Shown: positions 1-10,220, counted from the first letter of the stretch. The stretch is DNA of 64,000 nt from Nitrospirales bacterium (GCA_021604005.1 BQIV01000007.1:28629-92628), one strand, 5' to 3'. Notes: generated from the letters alone by a model not told the origin. Made by a program: numbers and translations.

Positions 1-790
1 ATGAGGATGATTCAGATTTTAGGGTGCGCGAAGGATTGTTATCTTCGTCTGCTCTGACTCGAAGCCGGTCGCTCCATAGAATTTGATCTGCTTCCTTCAG
101 GTTATTGAGTTGTCTGAGTGTCCGTACAGATAGCCCGAATTTCTTGGCCACGTCATCGAGTGTCTCACCAAACCGTACGCGGTACCAGGTGGCCGGCGGG
201 GACGGTTCAGATTTCTGGACGAGCGGGGAGGCGTTACCCTCGCCTGCTCTGACACGGAGCCGGTCGTTCCATAGAATCTGGTCTGCTTCCGTCAGATTAT
301 TGAATCGTCTGAGTGTCTGTACAGACAGTCCGAACTTTTTGGCTACGTCATCGAGCGTCTCCCCAAATCGTACATGGTACCAGGTGGGGGGCGGGGATGG
401 TTGAGATTTTGGGACAAGCGACGGATCATCGTCCTCGTCTGCTCTGACACGAAGCCGGTCTTTCCAAAAAATTAAATCGTCGTCTTTCAGATTATTGAGC
501 CGTCTGAGTTTTCTGACAGATAGCCTGAATTTGTTGGCCACGTCATCGAGCGTCTCCCCAAATCGCACATGGTACCAGGTGGGGGGCGGAGATGGTTCGG
601 TCTCGATCCTGATTGGGATGCTATCGTCGTCAGTTCGTAATCGAAGCCGGTCGTTCCAAAAAATCAGATCTTCTTCCTTCAGGTTATTGAGTTGTCTGAG
701 TTCTTGTACAGACAGCCCGAATTTGTTGGCCACGTCATCGAGTGTCTCTCCAAATCGCACGTGGTACCACGTGGCGGACTCCGGAGGCAG
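1..790 (-). repeat. Tandem coding repeat of 192-195 bp (LysM domain plus linker)
   Basis: Units start at 101, 296, 491 and 683, with a partial unit at 1-100. The spacing is 195/195/192 bp, which is 65/65/64 codons. The LysM cores are about 85-90% identical at nucleotide level by eye (11 mismatches in 92 nt between units 1 and 4), while the linkers diverge. Confidence 0.9.
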
Positions 791-2020
791 TTTTGTCCAT
801 CTCTCAATGTGGTCGTGGCGCTCTCGGACAAGGTTTCCCTTGCCCGGAGGAACTTTTAACGAATACCCGATGTCCACCATGGGAACGATGTCTTGAAGCA
901 GTTCTGGGTTCAGGTCCTTGAGTGTTTTAATGGAAATTCCCGTGGTTTTTGCCACGGATTTTAGGTGAACACGCTTACGCACCAACACTGCATCATAGGC
1001 AAAAGGAGGCGCTGCATTTACTGTAAACCCGTATTGAGTTGGGTTTGACGCAATAAGAACTGCCGCTATAAAACTGGGGACATATTCTTTAGTCTCGCGC
1101 ATAAGATACGCTGTTTCCCGAATCTTCCAAAAATCCCGACTATCGAGTTTTTGAATGGCTCGCATAATTTTCGGCCCACCCGCATTGTAAGCCCCTAGAG
1201 CCAACGGCCAAGACTGAAACTGATCAAAGAGGTCTTTGAGGTGCTGAGCCGCAGCGACCGTTGACTTGACTGGATCACGGCGTTCGTCTACATACCATGT
1301 CACATCAAGACCATAGGTTCTCCCCGTCGCCTTCATAAATTGCCAGGGACCAGACGCACGCGCTCGAGAGAGGGCTCGTGGATTAAATCCACTTTCGACC
1401 AATGAAAGATAGCCAAGCTCTGGCGGTAGCCCGGCTTTCCTGAAAACACGTTGGACCAGATTTTTATATTTTTCGAATCGGTTAAGATATCTTTGAAATC
1501 TACCGTGAATGTCATGTTGATAATAATCAAGAATGCGTTTCACCGGCCGATTGATTTCGAGTGGCATCATGGCATACGAACGACGAGGACGAGTAGAAAC
1601 CAAAAAGTGATGTGGAATATCTCGTTGAACATGATGCCCTTCATCGAAGGATTGCTGAACAGGCCAAGGAATCGTGCTGTTGGTGTTGTAGGATGCGGTT
1701 TCAGTTAATAGGAAGGACGTTGGTCTATCCGTATGGCGATGGATCATTCCTGAACCTTGGGTATAGGCCTCGGGAGGAGTGAGAGGTGGTAAATGGTATT
1801 GATGTATGGCTTGTCTCTGTTCCTCCTTTCCGAGGTTGGGACGTGATGTGGGAACCGTCGATTGTGGCGTCCTCCCTGATTCAGTCACCGGCTTATGTGT
1901 GGGAAGTCCATCTTGTGCGCGAACGGCTTCTCCGATTGACGCACTCCACCATAAAGCGGTCACGCAGCATGCGATAGAAAGTAGTAAACCCTTAGGTCGT
2001 TGTGTTGTCTTCTTGCTCAC
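1..2020 (-). CDS. Lytic murein transglycosylase (SLT domain) with C-terminal tandem LysM domains, MltD-like; the 3' end runs off the left edge
   Basis: My own minus-strand translation from GTG at 2020 stays open to position 1. It is absent from the ORF track because no stop lies in the window. It shows an N-terminal hydrophobic signal (LLLSIACCVTALWW) and the SLT motif VESGFNPRALSRARASGPWQFM...AYNAGG. At least 4.5 LysM units follow (TWYHVRFGETLDDVANKFGLSV..LRQLNNL). Confidence 0.85.
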   Translation of the reverse strand, partial: MSKKTTQRPKGLLLSIACCVTALWWSASIGEAVRAQDGLPTHKPVTESGRTPQSTVPTSRPNLGKEEQRQAIHQYHLPPLTPPEAYTQGSGMIHRHTDRPTSFLLTETASYNTNSTIPWPVQQSFDEGHHVQRDIPHHFLVSTRPRRSYAMMPLEINRPVKRILDYYQHDIHGRFQRYLNRFEKYKNLVQRVFRKAGLPPELGYLSLVESGFNPRALSRARASGPWQFMKATGRTYGLDVTWYVDERRDPVKSTVAAAQHLKDLFDQFQSWPLALGAYNAGGPKIMRAIQKLDSRDFWKIRETAYLMRETKEYVPSFIAAVLIASNPTQYGFTVNAAPPFAYDAVLVRKRVHLKSVAKTTGISIKTLKDLNPELLQDIVPMVDIGYSLKVPPGKGNLVRERHDHIERWTKLPPESATWYHVRFGETLDDVANKFGLSVQELRQLNNLKEEDLIFWNDRLRLRTDDDSIPIRIETEPSPPPTWYHVRFGETLDDVANKFRLSVRKLRRLNNLKDDDLIFWKDRLRVRADEDDDPSLVPKSQPSPPPTWYHVRFGETLDDVAKKFGLSVQTLRRFNNLTEADQILWNDRLRVRAGEGNASPLVQKSEPSPPATWYRVRFGETLDDVAKKFGLSVRTLRQLNNLKEADQILWSDRLRVRADEDNNPSRTLKSESSS

Positions 2021-2330
2021 GGGACCCTGGTTTTACGTCATTGCTCTACGTTATTTCTCACCATCTCACCATAATAAAATACTGTCAATATGTTTGAGGA
2101 CGTATGTATCGAGAAAGAAAAGGTGTATGGACAGGACATATTGTTAGGGTCGAGCGGCAAATGGGCTTTATGACATCATATTCGGCAGGCTACACTATTT
2201 TTTTCTCAGCGGAAAGGCTGAAATTCGTCGAGTATACAGTGTCGCTGAGTTGGAAAGGTCTGGACGGCTTTATATTCGCTCTGTTTTTAGCGAGTTATGT
2301 ACAGTTATTCTCGAATGTACGGATTTTCTA

Positions 2331-3158
2331 ATGGGAATGAATCTTTTTGACAGGGCCTTTGGGAAGGAGTTTTTAGAATCTGTTCCTTCAAATGCTGGTG
2401 TGTATGAAATCAAAGTTCAAGAGAACACCATTTATGTTGGAAAAGCGAAGAACTTGCGCAACCGTATCCGGCAATACCGAAATGCTACGAGAAAAAAAGC
2501 GCATAGGAAAATGCGCGAAATGGTTCGGATTGCCACTACTATGACGTTCCATGTCGTGGAATCTGAAAAGGAAGCCTTGTTATTGGAAAACCAACTCATT
2601 CAAGAGCTCACGCCCACGTTCAATATTTCTGGTGCATTTTCATTTATGTATCCGGCTCTTGGCGTAGGCAAGGACGACGGCGTTTTCTATCTTTGCTATT
2701 CCACAGACCCGGAAGCGTTCGATAATACGATTTTCAAGATGCATGGCGTGTTCCGTTCGAGGGATTGCACGAAAGATGCATATTATGCCTTGGTTCGACT
2801 GTTGAGTTTCCTTGGACATCGTGAGCCCAGCCAACGGGTGAAGAAGTTTTCAGCCATCCCATATACACACATTTCTGGCTTCAGAAAATTAGATTTTCAA
2901 TTAACTGAACAACTTTCCGATTTTCTGAATGGAAAGAGTCGGAACTTTCTTCGAGTGGCGATTGATATTTTGTTGGAAAAGGCTAGTGCAAGGGGTGAGG
3001 CGGAGAAAGTTCAGAAAGCGGTTCGATCGTTGGTGGTATTTTTTCGTGAAGAGGCGAATCGACTCAGGAAGGCCAAAAAGAAATCAGGATTTGCGAATGA
3101 GTTTCTGAGTCAAAAAGAACGGGATCGCCTCTTTATCCAAGCACGATTTGTCGAGTGA
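2331..3158 (+). CDS. GIY-YIG nuclease, UvrC N-terminal-like / Cho-like
   Basis: The ORF track gives 2250..3158 with a TTG start. I prefer ATG 2331 because MGMNLFDRAFGKEFLESVPSNAGVYEIKV..IYVGKAKNLRNRIRQY fits the UvrC/Cho N-terminal pattern. It is followed by EKEALLLENQLIQELTPTFN. Confidence 0.75.
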   Translation: MGMNLFDRAFGKEFLESVPSNAGVYEIKVQENTIYVGKAKNLRNRIRQYRNATRKKAHRKMREMVRIATTMTFHVVESEKEALLLENQLIQELTPTFNISGAFSFMYPALGVGKDDGVFYLCYSTDPEAFDNTIFKMHGVFRSRDCTKDAYYALVRLLSFLGHREPSQRVKKFSAIPYTHISGFRKLDFQLTEQLSDFLNGKSRNFLRVAIDILLEKASARGEAEKVQKAVRSLVVFFREEANRLRKAKKKSGFANEFLSQKERDRLFIQARFVE

Positions 3159-3272
3159 TTTTCTTGGTTTTAAATTGTCAGCCAAATAATTAAGTTTCGG
3201 TACGTTTTTGGCAAAAAAGAGGAGTGGTTTGTTTGCAGTCATTCGAAAGCCAATATTTCTAAGGGGCAGAAA

Positions 3273-3962
3273 ATGGGACTGGTGTTGAGAGCGAGAATAT
3301 TACTAATTATCGGTTTGATTTTGACGGTTGGATGCTCGCCAAAGGTCATAAAGATGGATCCGGCTACGAAAGAATCACTAAATAGAGCTAGGCAGATTAC
3401 ACTGATCCATTACAAACCTTCTGCTTTCGAGGTGCCACCTAATCAAATGGGAATGATGTTTGGGGTGATAGGTGCTGCTGTTGCCGGTCTTGCAGCTGAA
3501 TCACGGGGACAACAAATGGTACAGCAATATGATCTACGAGATCCGATTTTGCACGTCAAAGAGAGGTTCGCAGCACGCGTTTTATCTGACTTTGCAAACA
3601 TTAAACTAACAGATATTTCGGAACCGTTTAAAGACGATGATATTGATGATATGAAAGAGAAGTTTGTGGAAGGGAATATTCTAGATTTTCAAACTATCAG
3701 GTGGGGAGTTGTGGGTCAGCCATTCAGTGGCAATTCTTATATAAAGTACCAAGGACGGGTACGCCTAATCGATGTTCACAATGCTAGTGTTCTTTGGCAA
3801 GGCGTTTGTGATTTAGAAGACCGAGATCTTTATACCATGCCGGATAGTACTGAACGTAACTCTAGTGAGGGCAATATTTTAAGAGCAAAATTCGAGAATC
3901 TTGGCGGACAATGTCTCGAACGCCTGATCTCGCAGTTTTCTGCAGTCGATCCTGCCGAATAG
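3273..3962 (+). CDS. Putative lipoprotein, unknown function
   Basis: Signal peptide plus lipobox (MGLVLRARILLIIGLILTVG|CSPK) and an SD-like aagggg upstream. I recognise no domain. Confidence 0.6.
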   Translation: MGLVLRARILLIIGLILTVGCSPKVIKMDPATKESLNRARQITLIHYKPSAFEVPPNQMGMMFGVIGAAVAGLAAESRGQQMVQQYDLRDPILHVKERFAARVLSDFANIKLTDISEPFKDDDIDDMKEKFVEGNILDFQTIRWGVVGQPFSGNSYIKYQGRVRLIDVHNASVLWQGVCDLEDRDLYTMPDSTERNSSEGNILRAKFENLGGQCLERLISQFSAVDPAE

Positions 3963-4108
3963 TGCATTAGAGAACAAGCTTGGCGGGTTCTAAAGAACTA
4001 AGAGGCAGGTCAATTGAGGTCTTATTGTAGGCCATACCTTTTCGTCGGACCAACAGGTTCCCGACACCTTTCCTCAATTCTACTTGTTGTCAATTACTTT
4101 CCAGTATT

Positions 4109-5395
4109 CTAAGGCGTCGGGTATTGTTTGGCATTCTCCTGATTAATCCGTGTGCGGACAAGATCAATATGGTGGCGTAAATGATAGAGCTGGTCGGCGT
4201 AGGACAGGGGTGTTTCGACATGTTTGACTTCCGTTTCCAGTTTGACCACAGCAGAGGCGAGTTCCTCTGGAGTCGCATGGCCGGAGTCGAGGTGCGATTC
4301 GATACGTTGAAGATCTTCATACCAACGATAGATACGATACCGTACACGCCAGCGGTATAATGGAGGAAAGAGTTTAAAGAGCGGGATGACAAGCGCTGCC
4401 AGTGGGATAAGCATCACCACCAGGCGATCAATCAATGTGGCAGCCCAAAATGGTAGAAAGCGCTGGAGGAAGGACGGTCCGCGTTTGTGAAAGCGCTGAG
4501 CTTCTTTACTCAACGGAATGGAGAGATACTGTCCGGATGGAAATTGTTCTGCCTCGTGAAATAGGCCAGGACCTCCTACAATTTTTGGTGCCGATAACAG
4601 AAGCAGGTCGACTAACGCTGGGTGTAGATCGTTGCGAGCCACCAGCATTGCGGTAACGGCAATCATATTCACCTGGGTTGGTGGCCGTTCACCGGCGAGG
4701 TCGATAGCGCCCGCCGGTAACGTCAATGGTGAGAGGTACCGGCGATGCAGGTGATAGGCTTTCGCCCGTGGCAGATCCATCAGTGAAATACCCGGTGCCT
4801 GTAAAAGCTTTTCCACTTCTGATGAATGTTCGCCGCTTACCATAAACAAAGCATCTAATTTGCCATCCTGAAGCGCCTCGCTCGCTGAAGTATTATCCAA
4901 AGCACGAAACGTTTCTCCCGCTACCTTGTTTAACGCGAGCAACTCATCCGCCAGTCTCCGCGTCCCACTGCCCGGAATGCCGCGATTGACCCGCCGGCCC
5001 GCTAGCTCTGATAGTTTGACCGGTGCCGGATCTATACGATGAAACATCCATAAAGGTTCATAATACAAGCTGGCGAGTGCGCGTAATTGTTTTCCCCCTG
5101 GTACTGAATCGACTGGAGTGCCGCCTTGCATCAACGCAATATCGACTGTTCCTTCAGCGAGTAACGCTGCGTTATCGTCGCTCCCGGCGCTGTTATGTAG
5201 TTTGAGTTCGATGTCGTTGTCAGCCAGAATTTCCTGCATGGCGAGGCCGAAAGCGTGATACGCGCCAGTGGCACTGCCGGTGGCTAAAGTCATGATTTTT
5301 GGTGGAGCCGGTTCTACGAACTGATAAGCCAGCACAAACCCGGTTAATGCAATGAACACCGCAAGGCCAGAACTTTTCAAGAGGGAGGTGTTCAT
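4109..5395 (-). CDS. TAXI-family TRAP solute-binding protein with a C-terminal membrane/coiled-coil extension (orphan; no TRAP permease nearby)
   Basis: N-terminal TM/signal segment, then LATGSATGAYHAFGLAM, which resembles the TAXI GTGGxxGxYYxxG motif. The C-terminal roughly 110 aa contain a hydrophobic helix (LVVMLIPLAALVIPLF). Confidence 0.7.
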   Translation of the reverse strand: MNTSLLKSSGLAVFIALTGFVLAYQFVEPAPPKIMTLATGSATGAYHAFGLAMQEILADNDIELKLHNSAGSDDNAALLAEGTVDIALMQGGTPVDSVPGGKQLRALASLYYEPLWMFHRIDPAPVKLSELAGRRVNRGIPGSGTRRLADELLALNKVAGETFRALDNTSASEALQDGKLDALFMVSGEHSSEVEKLLQAPGISLMDLPRAKAYHLHRRYLSPLTLPAGAIDLAGERPPTQVNMIAVTAMLVARNDLHPALVDLLLLSAPKIVGGPGLFHEAEQFPSGQYLSIPLSKEAQRFHKRGPSFLQRFLPFWAATLIDRLVVMLIPLAALVIPLFKLFPPLYRWRVRYRIYRWYEDLQRIESHLDSGHATPEELASAVVKLETEVKHVETPLSYADQLYHLRHHIDLVRTRINQENAKQYPTP

Positions 5396-5652
5396 TGTTT
5401 CAATGTGTACCGGCAGGCATGTCAGTTATCAATGGACGGGCCCAGGCATATATCGGATGTAGGGTGCTCAAACATCATCTGTATTCTTCAAAAAGTGTGT
5501 CATAGGAAGGAGGGGGAGCGCATCACGTGTATAGTGAGTGTGCGGATCGATATTGTACTTGCGATACTACCATACAAGGATTGTTCAGGGAACGTTCAGG
5601 GATGATGCGCCTAGAGGTTTTTCTCAAGAGGCAAGAGGTGGGCTATTGTTCG

Positions 5653-6711
5653 CTATAATGACAGCGAGCATTTTCTGTCTATCTCATGTATGAGATCGAC
5701 GAAGATCGCATCTTCAGCTTTCATTTTTCCTTCAATCCATTCAAGGGCGTTGTCTTTCAAGACCCAATGCCCAGGGCATTGAAAGACCGTCCATGCTTCA
5801 TAATAGTAGCTCATTTCAACAATGACGGGTTCATTGTTTCGATGTACAATGTCAAATGTGATCACTTGCTGGCCAAGTTTTTTGGCAAGGTTCAATGTCA
5901 AACGAATTGATGCTTCGTCTATTTGTTGAGGATTCCAATCAATGAGCCCACTACCACTTGCTCGAAAATCGCCGGGTCGATTCATTCGTCGAAAGGCAAA
6001 GGCTCTCTTGCCAATCACAATAATTCGTAGGTCGTGATCATTGTCCGGGATGAATTCTTGAAATAAGATACGTCCCCGCTGAATATCCGGCGATGTATTC
6101 TCTACTGGCGGGGTCATTCCCAACAAGGCTTTCGCTGCATCTCGTCCACGTGCTGCCATTTCACGGAACAAAGGTCTTGGTTCTTTAATACGTAACGTCG
6201 TGACTCCTTCTCCAAAAAGCTTGGCAACCCAATACTCTCCTTCTTCAATATTATGGAGTAAGCACACATTATCTGAACAGATTCCAAAGGCGAGCTTCAG
6301 CACGATGGGATACTTGGCCTGTTTCAGGAAATCTATTGCATCCTGTCGTCGCCAAAAGACCCAAGTCGTTGGGGTTGGAATCCCGCTCGCCTCCATTAAG
6401 TAGCGTTGAGAGATTTTATCTTCAAAAAACCAAGACGTTCGCCAGTTAGGGAAGATGGTCAGTGCATTCACATGCTCAAGGGCAGCCATCATGCGTTTAC
6501 CGAGTTCCCGACTTGTTGGGGCATTCCAAAACGCCCACATGAAGGCCTCGGATCCTTTGAGCTGAGAAAAGAAATGTTCTTCATCGTAGACATTGACTAT
6601 TCGAACCTCATGTCCTGACTCCTTCGCCAATTCTAGCCAGCGATGAGAAAATGATTGACGTCGTCCACTCGCCAGTGGCGCATCATCCGGTTGAATGGCG
6701 ATAGTATACAA
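5653..6711 (-). CDS. ATP-grasp domain protein
   Basis: YPIVLKLAFG..., ILFQEFIP..DHDLRIIVIG..AFAFRRMNRPGDFRASGSG is the typical ATP-grasp core pattern. Confidence 0.65.
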   Translation of the reverse strand: MYTIAIQPDDAPLASGRRQSFSHRWLELAKESGHEVRIVNVYDEEHFFSQLKGSEAFMWAFWNAPTSRELGKRMMAALEHVNALTIFPNWRTSWFFEDKISQRYLMEASGIPTPTTWVFWRRQDAIDFLKQAKYPIVLKLAFGICSDNVCLLHNIEEGEYWVAKLFGEGVTTLRIKEPRPLFREMAARGRDAAKALLGMTPPVENTSPDIQRGRILFQEFIPDNDHDLRIIVIGKRAFAFRRMNRPGDFRASGSGLIDWNPQQIDEASIRLTLNLAKKLGQQVITFDIVHRNNEPVIVEMSYYYEAWTVFQCPGHWVLKDNALEWIEGKMKAEDAIFVDLIHEIDRKCSLSL

Positions 6712-7028
6712 AGAGGATCTCCTTTCAGGGACAGGAACAGGATCTTGAGCTGGCAGACGTATGTTCTCTTTTCGGAATATTGTTCCAAACTATCAAGGCT
6801 AATACGGATACATGACACGTAACGCCTCCTCAATCTTTTGTTCAGACGTTTCACTTTGTGAATGTGTATCGTCTTCTCCCAGATTGACAAAACTTTAAAA
6901 GCTCAGCATAGTTTTGATGGAACTGGGAACAACTCGGAATGACGAAATGTCACTCCGAATTGCCCGTGTATTATGCATCGATACTTCACGTTCTTGGCAG
7001 ATGAAAAAAGAGTATAAGGGGAAACGTC

Positions 7029-7397
7029 ATGGCCAAAACAACACGGACGTATTGGAATCCACTGATTTCAGAAAATGAAAAGAGCTGGGAAGCTATTGAG
7101 GGCACGGATGACCAGCTGGAGCAGCTGACGTTGGCGATCGATGAAGAGTCCGGCGACTATACTCGTTTAACCCGATTTAAGCCAGGTGCTGACCCCACGG
7201 TCTTTGGTGCAAAAAGTCACACATATCCAGAAGAGATCTTTATGATCAAAGGGCGATTATATGATGCCGCATTTGATCGTTGGCTTGAGGCGGGAGACTA
7301 TGCCAGCCGTCCACCGGGTGAGGTTCATGGTCCTTTTAAAGCCGATGGCGAATGCATCGTGTTGGAGATGTCATATCCCAGCCAGGCCATCACATGA
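7029..7397 (+). CDS. Cupin-domain protein (ChrR-like cupin)
   Basis: KSHTYPEEIFMIKGRLYD....GDYASRPPGEVHGPF fits the cupin H.H..E...G / P.g..H pattern. An SD-like aagggg sits upstream of the ATG. Confidence 0.65.
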   Translation: MAKTTRTYWNPLISENEKSWEAIEGTDDQLEQLTLAIDEESGDYTRLTRFKPGADPTVFGAKSHTYPEEIFMIKGRLYDAAFDRWLEAGDYASRPPGEVHGPFKADGECIVLEMSYPSQAIT

Positions 7398-7825
7398 AAT
7401 TTCGTCTGGGAAGAAAGTGTACTTTGAGGGAGATGGTAGTTGTTTGTCTGCGTGATTTCGGAAATGTATGAATGCTGGTCGGTCGGGAATAAAGCTTTGC
7501 TTCTCTTATACGATATTTTTACTATATTATATTACCTAAGTTAACAAAGACCGTGAGATGTTGTGAGAAGCCGTCAGAGGCCAAATCCAAATCTCTTCCT
7601 TAGATATTGTCTCAGATGATAATATACTGTTTCTCAGCATCTGAGGTCTCATAAAGGGACTGAAAAATTCAAAACTCTCTCAACACGAGATGTATTGGAT
7701 TAACTGAGATGAACGATCTTTTTCCCGCCTCTGAAACAGAAAACAGAAGCACAGCAATATATACTCTTATCATCAACTCCTACTTAATGAAGCCAAAAAA
7801 ACGAGTGGCTTAAAGGAGAACACCG

Positions 7826-8704
7826 ATGGAGCCATTTCCTCAATTCTGGTGGGGCATAGGTGATGGCCTAATAAAATATGGCCTGACCTCTATAATTTTT
7901 CTCGTCGCGATCCTGTTCCTGTGGGCAATCCTGAATCGTTTAGTTTTCAAGACTCAAAGTTTTTCTGTCGAGACCAAACGGCGTTGGATTGTCATGATAC
8001 GAAATACCCTCCTTCTCTTGTCCCTCTTAGGTATAGGAATTATTTGGGCCCCACAAATGCGTACCCTGGCTGTGACTCTTGTGGCCATCGCTTTAGCCTT
8101 GGTGTTCGCAGTCAAGGAACTTCTTCTTTGTCTCAGTGGTGCCTATTTAAGGATGGCAGGTAAGTTTTTTTCGACAGGAGACCTCATAGAAATTAATGGC
8201 ATTCGGGGGATAGTGTTGGATCGTGGTTGGCTCACTCTTACCCTCTTAGAAATTGGCCCTGGGCACACCTCCCAACATTACACTGGGCGTGCGTTGTTCC
8301 TTCCCAACAGCATGCTTTTAAATGGTCCTTTGATCAATGAGACTTATACGAAAAAATATATTCTCCATACGATCACCATTCCCCTTTCGAGCCAAGATGA
8401 TTGGAAAAGTGCAGAACAAATTCTCCTTCAGACTGGAAAAACCGAGTGTCAACCCTTTTTGGAGGATGCTAAGCGACATATGAAGAAATTAGAGGGAGGC
8501 CATTGGCTGGATGCCCCTTCCGTGGAACCGAATGTGACTATTCAACTTCCTGATACCGGAAAACTCAATCTCCTTTTACGAATTCCGTGTCCTCCGAAGG
8601 AGACAGCAAGACTCGAACAAGCGATTTTGCACCAGTTCCTCTCGTATTTTAGAGCGGACCAGTTGGAAGTTCGGGAAAAAACAGGACTGGTAGAAGCGGT
8701 ATGA
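7826..8704 (+). CDS. Small-conductance mechanosensitive channel (MscS family)
   Basis: Three N-terminal TM helices, then GDLIEINGIRGIVLDRGWLTLTLLE....LFLPNSMLL. A strong SD (taaaggag) sits upstream. Confidence 0.8.
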   Translation: MEPFPQFWWGIGDGLIKYGLTSIIFLVAILFLWAILNRLVFKTQSFSVETKRRWIVMIRNTLLLLSLLGIGIIWAPQMRTLAVTLVAIALALVFAVKELLLCLSGAYLRMAGKFFSTGDLIEINGIRGIVLDRGWLTLTLLEIGPGHTSQHYTGRALFLPNSMLLNGPLINETYTKKYILHTITIPLSSQDDWKSAEQILLQTGKTECQPFLEDAKRHMKKLEGGHWLDAPSVEPNVTIQLPDTGKLNLLLRIPCPPKETARLEQAILHQFLSYFRADQLEVREKTGLVEAV

Positions 8705-9251
8705 CTCCAATATTACAGGAGGCTGGCTCAATTGATCCAATCTATGATCGATTCAAGTTTCCTAAGGTCATGTGTTGTCCGATAGTTGGTGAATGCCTGT
8801 AGATCCCTCAGGCTGGTGAATGCTCATGCGTTGTAAAGGGGAGTTCGGCATATCGCCTTATCCAGTGCTCGTGTTGATCCCGTCCCGGACCGTATTGGAG
8901 ACGGAAAAGTTGGCCCCAAAGTCTGTGTGATCGTTCGAGAGCCGATACGTCACGGTGGAATTCGCAAGCGTGAAAGAAGTCGTCCTGGCAAGTTTAGACA
9001 GCTCAAGTAATTCAGGACATCCATCGCTTTTCCGTTGTCGATATTGGGCACGTATGTAAGGTGTGGTGATGGATGGAGGGGTAGATAATGTCGATGGCGA
9101 GGCGTGTAAAGATAATCCTTTCACCCACGGGATCACATCGAGGTTGTTTTCGGGTTCGCGAGAAGCGAACGTCAGTTTTCTTCAGCCCGATTGAGAAAAG
9201 TCAAGGTCTTGAAGCGTTAATTCGATAGATCAGAAATACTCCAGTACTGCT

Positions 9252-9326
9252 AAAGCCGATGGCGAATGTATCGTGGTGGACCTGTGGTATCCAAGTCGGC
9301 CATCATCTGAAATTTCGCCTAGGAAA
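9252..9326 (+). pseudogene. Remnant of the 3' end of a cupin paralogue
   Basis: About 80% nucleotide identity by eye to 7338-7414, the last 20 codons of the cupin gene plus about 17 nt past its stop. It translates as KADGECIVVDLWYPS versus KADGECIVLEMSYPS. It has a 1-nt deletion near the stop and no upstream coding continuation. Confidence 0.6.
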
Positions 9327-9407
9327 ACATTGGCTTTTGCGGACATGTCCGTGGCTTTTTGCTCTTTGTCTGTTGGGTACTGTATGAATCTGTAACTCTC
9401 AATCAGG

Positions 9408-10109
9408 ATGAGGTTGACTATGTTAATTGGGAAAAAGGCCCTACTACTGGACATGAATGGGACATTCATGTTCGGAGAAGATCGCTTTGACGATTGTCAA
9501 GATTTCTCCGCACACTATGGTCGTCTGGGCGGAACCCTTCCAAAAGAGGAAATTCATCAAATCATTCGTGCCGTGTACGGGTATCTGAGTCTTCGATATC
9601 CTGATGAACAGTATCGACATGACTTTCCTTCAGTAAGATTCGCGATTTCTGACGTAGTTGATAAGGTTCTTGCTCATGATGAAATAGAAAGAATTATTGA
9701 AACCTTTACGCATCACGAGCTTGGTTTCATTCCGCGCGAATATGTCACTGTGCTCCACACATTGCGGAAATACTTTCAGTTGGCAGCCGTCATCGATATT
9801 TGGTCGCCAAAAGAAGCTTGGGTACGCATTTTTGATGAAACGGGTATCTTACCGCTCTTTTCAGCTCTGTCGTTTTCCTCAGACCATGGTATGGTCAAAC
9901 CCTCAGCCAAGCCGTTTAAATTCGTGTTAACACAACTTGGAATACCCAAAGCAGAAGCTCTTGTTGTTGGTGATTCTGTTAGAAGAGATCTCGGTGGCGC
10001 GAAGAATGCGGGCATCGACTGTATCTTGGTCGGTGGAGCCGAGCATCCCGATGCCTGCAGAACATTTTCCAATTTAATAGAATTCACATCCGCAATAGAA
10101 GCGGGTTGA
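9408..10109 (+). CDS. HAD-superfamily hydrolase
   Basis: Motif I LLLDMNGTF and motif IV VGDSVRRDLGGAKNAGIDCILV. The start may instead be ATG 9420, which has a better SD spacing. Confidence 0.75.
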   Translation: MRLTMLIGKKALLLDMNGTFMFGEDRFDDCQDFSAHYGRLGGTLPKEEIHQIIRAVYGYLSLRYPDEQYRHDFPSVRFAISDVVDKVLAHDEIERIIETFTHHELGFIPREYVTVLHTLRKYFQLAAVIDIWSPKEAWVRIFDETGILPLFSALSFSSDHGMVKPSAKPFKFVLTQLGIPKAEALVVGDSVRRDLGGAKNAGIDCILVGGAEHPDACRTFSNLIEFTSAIEAG

Positions 10110-10220
10110 TCGTCAATTCTGATGTTCTGCGGAAAGTCACGTTGGTTGTCATGTGGCGACAAGGCTTTCTAAAACGTCTTGACACTATTTGATGAGCGCC
10201 TGTTTACAGTGGAGGACGTC

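Noticed and set aside
1-790. Regular repeat of about 195 bp that could be mistaken for a CRISPR or satellite array
   Set aside because: The period is 64-65 codons and in frame. Each unit encodes a LysM domain plus linker. There are no short direct repeats with unique spacers.
105-896. Plus-strand ORFs 105..404 and 495..896 with repetitive, Ser-rich products
   Set aside because: They are antisense shadows of the minus-strand LysM repeats. The minus frame gives textbook LysM and SLT motifs and stays open for 2 kb.
8858-9136. Minus-strand 92-aa ORF downstream of mscS
   Set aside because: No SD, no signal peptide and no motif. It lies in the ORF-poor segment bracketed by the cupin repeat. It cannot be supported as a gene from sequence alone.
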